Source of the DNA: a virus
Virus record (IMG/VR): IMGVR_UViG_3300002062_000001
Coordinates: 1 to 64,000 of that record
DNA length: 64,000 bases
Direction: 5' to 3' (one strand)
Positions 60,780 to 64,000 of the stretch are shown piece by piece (the stretch's first letter is position 1; the number at the start of each line of letters is the position of its first letter). The notes beneath the pieces were generated by a model. It made no database searches. It had not been told where the DNA came from and was given only the letters and a program-made list of their open reading frames with translations. Position numbers and translations under genes: made by a program.

Positions 60780-62771
60780 ATGAATGCCGACTTCCCTAAA
60801 TTCTCGCGATCCGTAGCCCAACGCTTCGAATTGATGTCGCAACATGAACTGTATGTCATGGACAGCGACCGCGACGCCATCTGGTCACAGTACCTAAACG
60901 CTTTCCCACAAGGATCGAACCCGGTCTTCCGCGTCAACACGGCGCACGATTGCTCTTGCTGCAGGCACTTCGTCCGCACCATCGGCAATGTCGTTGCGAT
61001 CGTCGATGGTGCAGTCCAGACCGTCTGGGACATCGAAGGGCTGGAACACCCCTATGATGTGGTTGCTGCCACGATGGCTGAACACATTCGATCCCTGCAG
61101 ATTCGTGGCGTCTTCCGCACCAAAGAACGTCAGTTTGGCGCTGAGAAGACCCGCGAACTGCTGGAAGACCAGACGACCCGGACGTGGCATCATTTCGTTG
61201 CGAAGATCGCTGACCGGCACTTCAGCCCGGACGCCGACAGCGTGCGCGGTGTAATCGCCAGCACGGCTGGCGTCTTCCGGCGCGGCGTGAATGAACTGAC
61301 GGCTGACAGCCTCGAGACGATCAGCGATCTGATCGCGTCGAAGGCACTCTATCGAGGCGAAGAACACAAGGCAGCCGTCGATGGGTTTCAGGCGTTGATG
61401 CGTGGTGCTGATGCTTCCAGCGATCAAAGCCTTTTCATCTGGGAGAATGTGCGCGACCGGAACGCTGGGTTCCGCAATACGGTCATCGGCACGCTGGCCC
61501 AAGACCTGAGCGAAGGGAAGGACATCGAAGCCGCCGTGAAAGCGTTCGAAGCCAAGGTGGCCCCCGAGAACTACAAACGCCCCACCGCCCTTATCACCCC
61601 GCGCATGGTCGATGCCGCAATGGCGACCATCGGCGACCTGGGTCTGGAACCTGCCTTGGAACGTCGCTTCGCGCGCCTGTCTGATGTCGCCGTGACTGAT
61701 GTGCTGTTCGTCGATAATTCGGTGCAGGGCCAGATGAAGGGCGGCATCCGCGAAGCACTGATGGAGGAAGCCACCGTCGCGAAGCCCAGCTTGGACGGCG
61801 CTCTGGAACTGACCATCGACGACTTCATGGCTGGCGTCGTTCCCAAGGCCAGCAGCATCGATCTGCTGGTGGAAAATTCCATGATGGGCAACTTCGTCAG
61901 CCTGACCGCGCCGGTGCAGGACGACGCCCCGCGCCTGTTCAAGTGGCCCAACGGCTTCGCATGGTCCTACGATGGCGACGTGGCGGATTCGTCGATCAAG
62001 GAACGGGTGAAGCGCGCCGGTGGTCGTGTCGATGCCACCCTTCGGGTCAGCCTTGCATGGACCAACACCGACGATCTGGACATCCACGTCCACGAACCTG
62101 ATCGGAACCACATCCACTACGGCAACAAATGCGGCAAGCTGGATGTGGACATGAATGTCAGCACCCCGGTTCGCGACGCCGTGGAAAACGTCTGCTGGAA
62201 TCGTCCGGCGGATGGCGACTATGTGGTGAAGGTCCACAACTACACCCACCGGGAAAGCCGGGACGTGGGCTTCACGCTCGAGGTCCAGAGCGAAACCGGC
62301 GCTATCGAGACATTCACCTATGCCCACGAAGTCCGCAACAACCAGATGGTGCCTTGCCTGACGATGACGGTGAAGGATGGGCGTCTGGTCGCCGTCAAGA
62401 TGGCCAAGGGACTGACCCGAGACGCCGCCGGTCAGGACAAGTGGGGCATCACCACGCAATCGCTGGTGAAGGTCAACACGCTGATGCTAAGCCCGAACCA
62501 TTGGGGCGACGCCGCCGTGGGAAACCGCCACTGGATGTTCATGCTGGATGGGTGCAAGAACCCCGGCACAGCGCGGGGCATCTACAACGAATTTCTTCTT
62601 CCCGCCCTCGAGCCGCACCGGAAGGTTTTCGAGGTTCTGGGCGCGAAGACGAAATGTCCGCCTGCCGAAGAACAGCTTAGCGGTCTGGGCTTTTCGTCCA
62701 CCCGCAAGGCCAAGGTCAAGTTCTTCGTCAGGGGGACCAATGTGCAGCGCGCTTACAGCGTGCAATTCTAA
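60780..62771 (+). CDS. large conserved-looking protein of unknown function with a YfaP/DUF2135-like beta-sandwich
   Basis: 663 aa. RBS GAGAGGA. N-terminal HDCSCCRHF motif. LRVSLAWTNTDDLDIHVHEP...YGN..GKLDVD...PVENV.W..P.DGDYVVKVHNY resembles DUF2135. Confidence 0.6.
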   Translation: MNADFPKFSRSVAQRFELMSQHELYVMDSDRDAIWSQYLNAFPQGSNPVFRVNTAHDCSCCRHFVRTIGNVVAIVDGAVQTVWDIEGLEHPYDVVAATMAEHIRSLQIRGVFRTKERQFGAEKTRELLEDQTTRTWHHFVAKIADRHFSPDADSVRGVIASTAGVFRRGVNELTADSLETISDLIASKALYRGEEHKAAVDGFQALMRGADASSDQSLFIWENVRDRNAGFRNTVIGTLAQDLSEGKDIEAAVKAFEAKVAPENYKRPTALITPRMVDAAMATIGDLGLEPALERRFARLSDVAVTDVLFVDNSVQGQMKGGIREALMEEATVAKPSLDGALELTIDDFMAGVVPKASSIDLLVENSMMGNFVSLTAPVQDDAPRLFKWPNGFAWSYDGDVADSSIKERVKRAGGRVDATLRVSLAWTNTDDLDIHVHEPDRNHIHYGNKCGKLDVDMNVSTPVRDAVENVCWNRPADGDYVVKVHNYTHRESRDVGFTLEVQSETGAIETFTYAHEVRNNQMVPCLTMTVKDGRLVAVKMAKGLTRDAAGQDKWGITTQSLVKVNTLMLSPNHWGDAAVGNRHWMFMLDGCKNPGTARGIYNEFLLPALEPHRKVFEVLGAKTKCPPAEEQLSGLGFSSTRKAKVKFFVRGTNVQRAYSVQF

Positions 62772-62789
62772 GAAAAGGAGACGACACCG

Positions 62790-63206
62790 ATGGACGGAAT
62801 GTTTGAATTCGCCACCCGCCGGAAGACCCGGTTCCCCTCGAGCCGCGGCGAACTGACCGCCGAACAGCTTTGGGATTTGCCGCTGCTGTCCAGCGACGGG
62901 TTCGATCTGGACACTGTGGCCCGGACGATCAATGGCGACCTGAAGGAAGTCGCTGAAGGCAGCTTCGTCAAAGCGACACCTGACCCGCGCGTGAAGCCGT
63001 TGCGCGCGTGCCTCGACATCGTGAAGCACATCATCGCCGTTAAGCTGGAAGAGCAAGAAAAGGCGAAGAAGGCAGCGGATCGCCGGGAGCGCCGGACTAA
63101 GCTGATTGAAGCCCTTGGCGACAAGGAAGACGCCGAAATGGCGAAGATGTCGAAGAAAAAGCTGCTCGAGGAAATCGAGAAGCTGGACGACGAAGACGAC
63201 GACTGA
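62790..63206 (+). CDS. hypothetical protein with charged coiled-coil C-terminus
   Basis: ATG follows AAAAGGAG. Tightly follows the 663-aa gene. Confidence 0.55.
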   Translation: MDGMFEFATRRKTRFPSSRGELTAEQLWDLPLLSSDGFDLDTVARTINGDLKEVAEGSFVKATPDPRVKPLRACLDIVKHIIAVKLEEQEKAKKAADRRERRTKLIEALGDKEDAEMAKMSKKKLLEEIEKLDDEDDD

Positions 63207-63270
63207 CCGTCGCGCCCATCCCCAAGCCGGGGTGGGCGTAACTTTTTGCACCCCAGCGAGGAACCCAACG

Positions 63271-63924
63271 ATGACGACACCCCATTCTGTGAAGCTGGTC
63301 TGGGTCACGCCAGATGCCGACGCCTTGATGACCTACATGGCGAAGGTGTCGAACCCGGCGAAACAAGACGAACCATCGCCGCGCCTGATCCGTTACCTGA
63401 TGGACAACCACCACTGGTCGCCGTTCGAAATGGCCAATGTCTGTTTTGAGGTAAACACCACCCGCACCATCGGCCGGCAATTCATTCGCCACTGGACCAT
63501 GCGGGTTCAAGAATTCAGCCAGCGGTACGCGGACCCATCTGCCCTTGGCGATCCTATTTTCTCCGAAGCGCGTCTGGCACACCCGACGAACCGCCAAGAC
63601 AGCATTCCGGCGAACGACCCCCTTCTGGAAGACTGGTGGCAACAGGCGCAACAACGCGCATGGGACGTAACCACCGGCATTTACGACGAAGCGCGCCGCC
63701 GGGGCATCACCAAAGAGCAAGCCCGAAACGTCATGTGTGAAGGGCTGACCCCCACGCGCATGTACTTCAACGCGCAGATCAGGACGCTGCTGCATCTGTG
63801 CAATCTTCGGTCGAAGAAACATGGCGCGCAGGACGAAGCTGTCACCGTCGCGCAGGGCGTCGAAAGCCTGATGATCGAACACCTGCCAGACACCCACGAA
63901 GCCTATCTGGAATGGGCAGCATGA
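63271..63924 (+). CDS. thyX: ThyX-like flavin-dependent thymidylate synthase (divergent signature)
   Basis: ATG at 63271 follows GAGGAA. Motifs HHWSPFEMANV and IRHWTMRVQEFSQRY, compared with the ThyX signature RHRxxSxxxxSxRY. Confidence 0.7.
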   Translation: MTTPHSVKLVWVTPDADALMTYMAKVSNPAKQDEPSPRLIRYLMDNHHWSPFEMANVCFEVNTTRTIGRQFIRHWTMRVQEFSQRYADPSALGDPIFSEARLAHPTNRQDSIPANDPLLEDWWQQAQQRAWDVTTGIYDEARRRGITKEQARNVMCEGLTPTRMYFNAQIRTLLHLCNLRSKKHGAQDEAVTVAQGVESLMIEHLPDTHEAYLEWAA

Positions 63925-64000
63925 TCGACAGGAAGGACACGAACCCGAAGGACGCCGTGGGCGTCAGGAAGTGGCGTCAGTTCTTCTGCGTCCCCTTCGC
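63921..64000 (+). CDS. 5' end of a DUF5664-like (dATP/dGTP pyrophosphohydrolase N-terminal domain-like) gene, partial
   Basis: MIDRKDTNPKDAVGVRKWRQFFCVPF... matches the NPKDAxG..K N-terminal pattern. Truncated by the window edge. Confidence 0.45.
   Translation, partial: MIDRKDTNPKDAVGVRKWRQFFCVPF

Noticed and set aside
1-64000. Searching for an integrase, attL/attR, a CI-type repressor or host flanking genes, to decide between a prophage and a free phage.
   Set aside because: I recognised none in this window. The + strand genes at both window ends look like one operon continuing across the ends. That is compatible with a circular or permuted phage genome slightly larger than the window, but this cannot be established from the sequence alone.

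Overview
The window looks like most of the genome of a GC-rich, tailed, siphovirus-type phage or prophage. It has an alphaproteobacterial (Rhodobacterales-like) flavour, with a lambda gpM/L/K/J-like or GTA g12-g15-like tail-tip block. I saw no host flank, integrase, rRNA or CRISPR array.

Layout:
- 1-1290 (+): tail end of a rightward operon.
- 1412-34294 (-): one long late operon. In transcription order it carries a HAD phosphatase, TerS, six small ORFs, TerL, portal, a MuF-like head protein, a head module, head-tail connectors, major tail protein, a G/G-T chaperone with an A10 slippery site, a 1278-aa tape measure, tail tip, tail fibres, a lysis cassette and a serine peptidase.
- 34541-39647 (+): two small-gene operons driven by two near-identical promoter/operator units.
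- 39514-50854 (-): leftward early operon with an SNF2 helicase, a Lar-like protein, a disrupted ssb, an HNH endonuclease, a replication initiator with internal iterons, three DNA methyltransferases, RuvC and a GapR-like protein.
- 50983-64000 (+): rightward early operon with a recombination module, a terD/membrane/terB/terC cassette, an ASCH protein, a 663-aa unknown protein and a ThyX-like protein.

Most interesting observations:
1. A 2H-phosphoesterase-like (Acb1/LigT-type, double HVTI motif) domain fused to the N-terminus of the DUF2213 prohead protease/scaffold protein.
2. A phage-borne TerD / 2-TM protein / TerB / TerC cassette.
3. A MuF head protein carrying a C-terminal HExxH domain.
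4. A 138-nt tRNA-like RNA with a canonical T-arm but no recognisable anticodon arm.
5. Two gene-disrupting frame changes, in ssb and in the distal tail gene.
6. Iterons inside the initiator gene.
7. A duplicated promoter/operator unit, one copy heading an acr-aca-like arrangement.

All homology calls come from motif recognition by eye, not from searches. Start codons are often uncertain.
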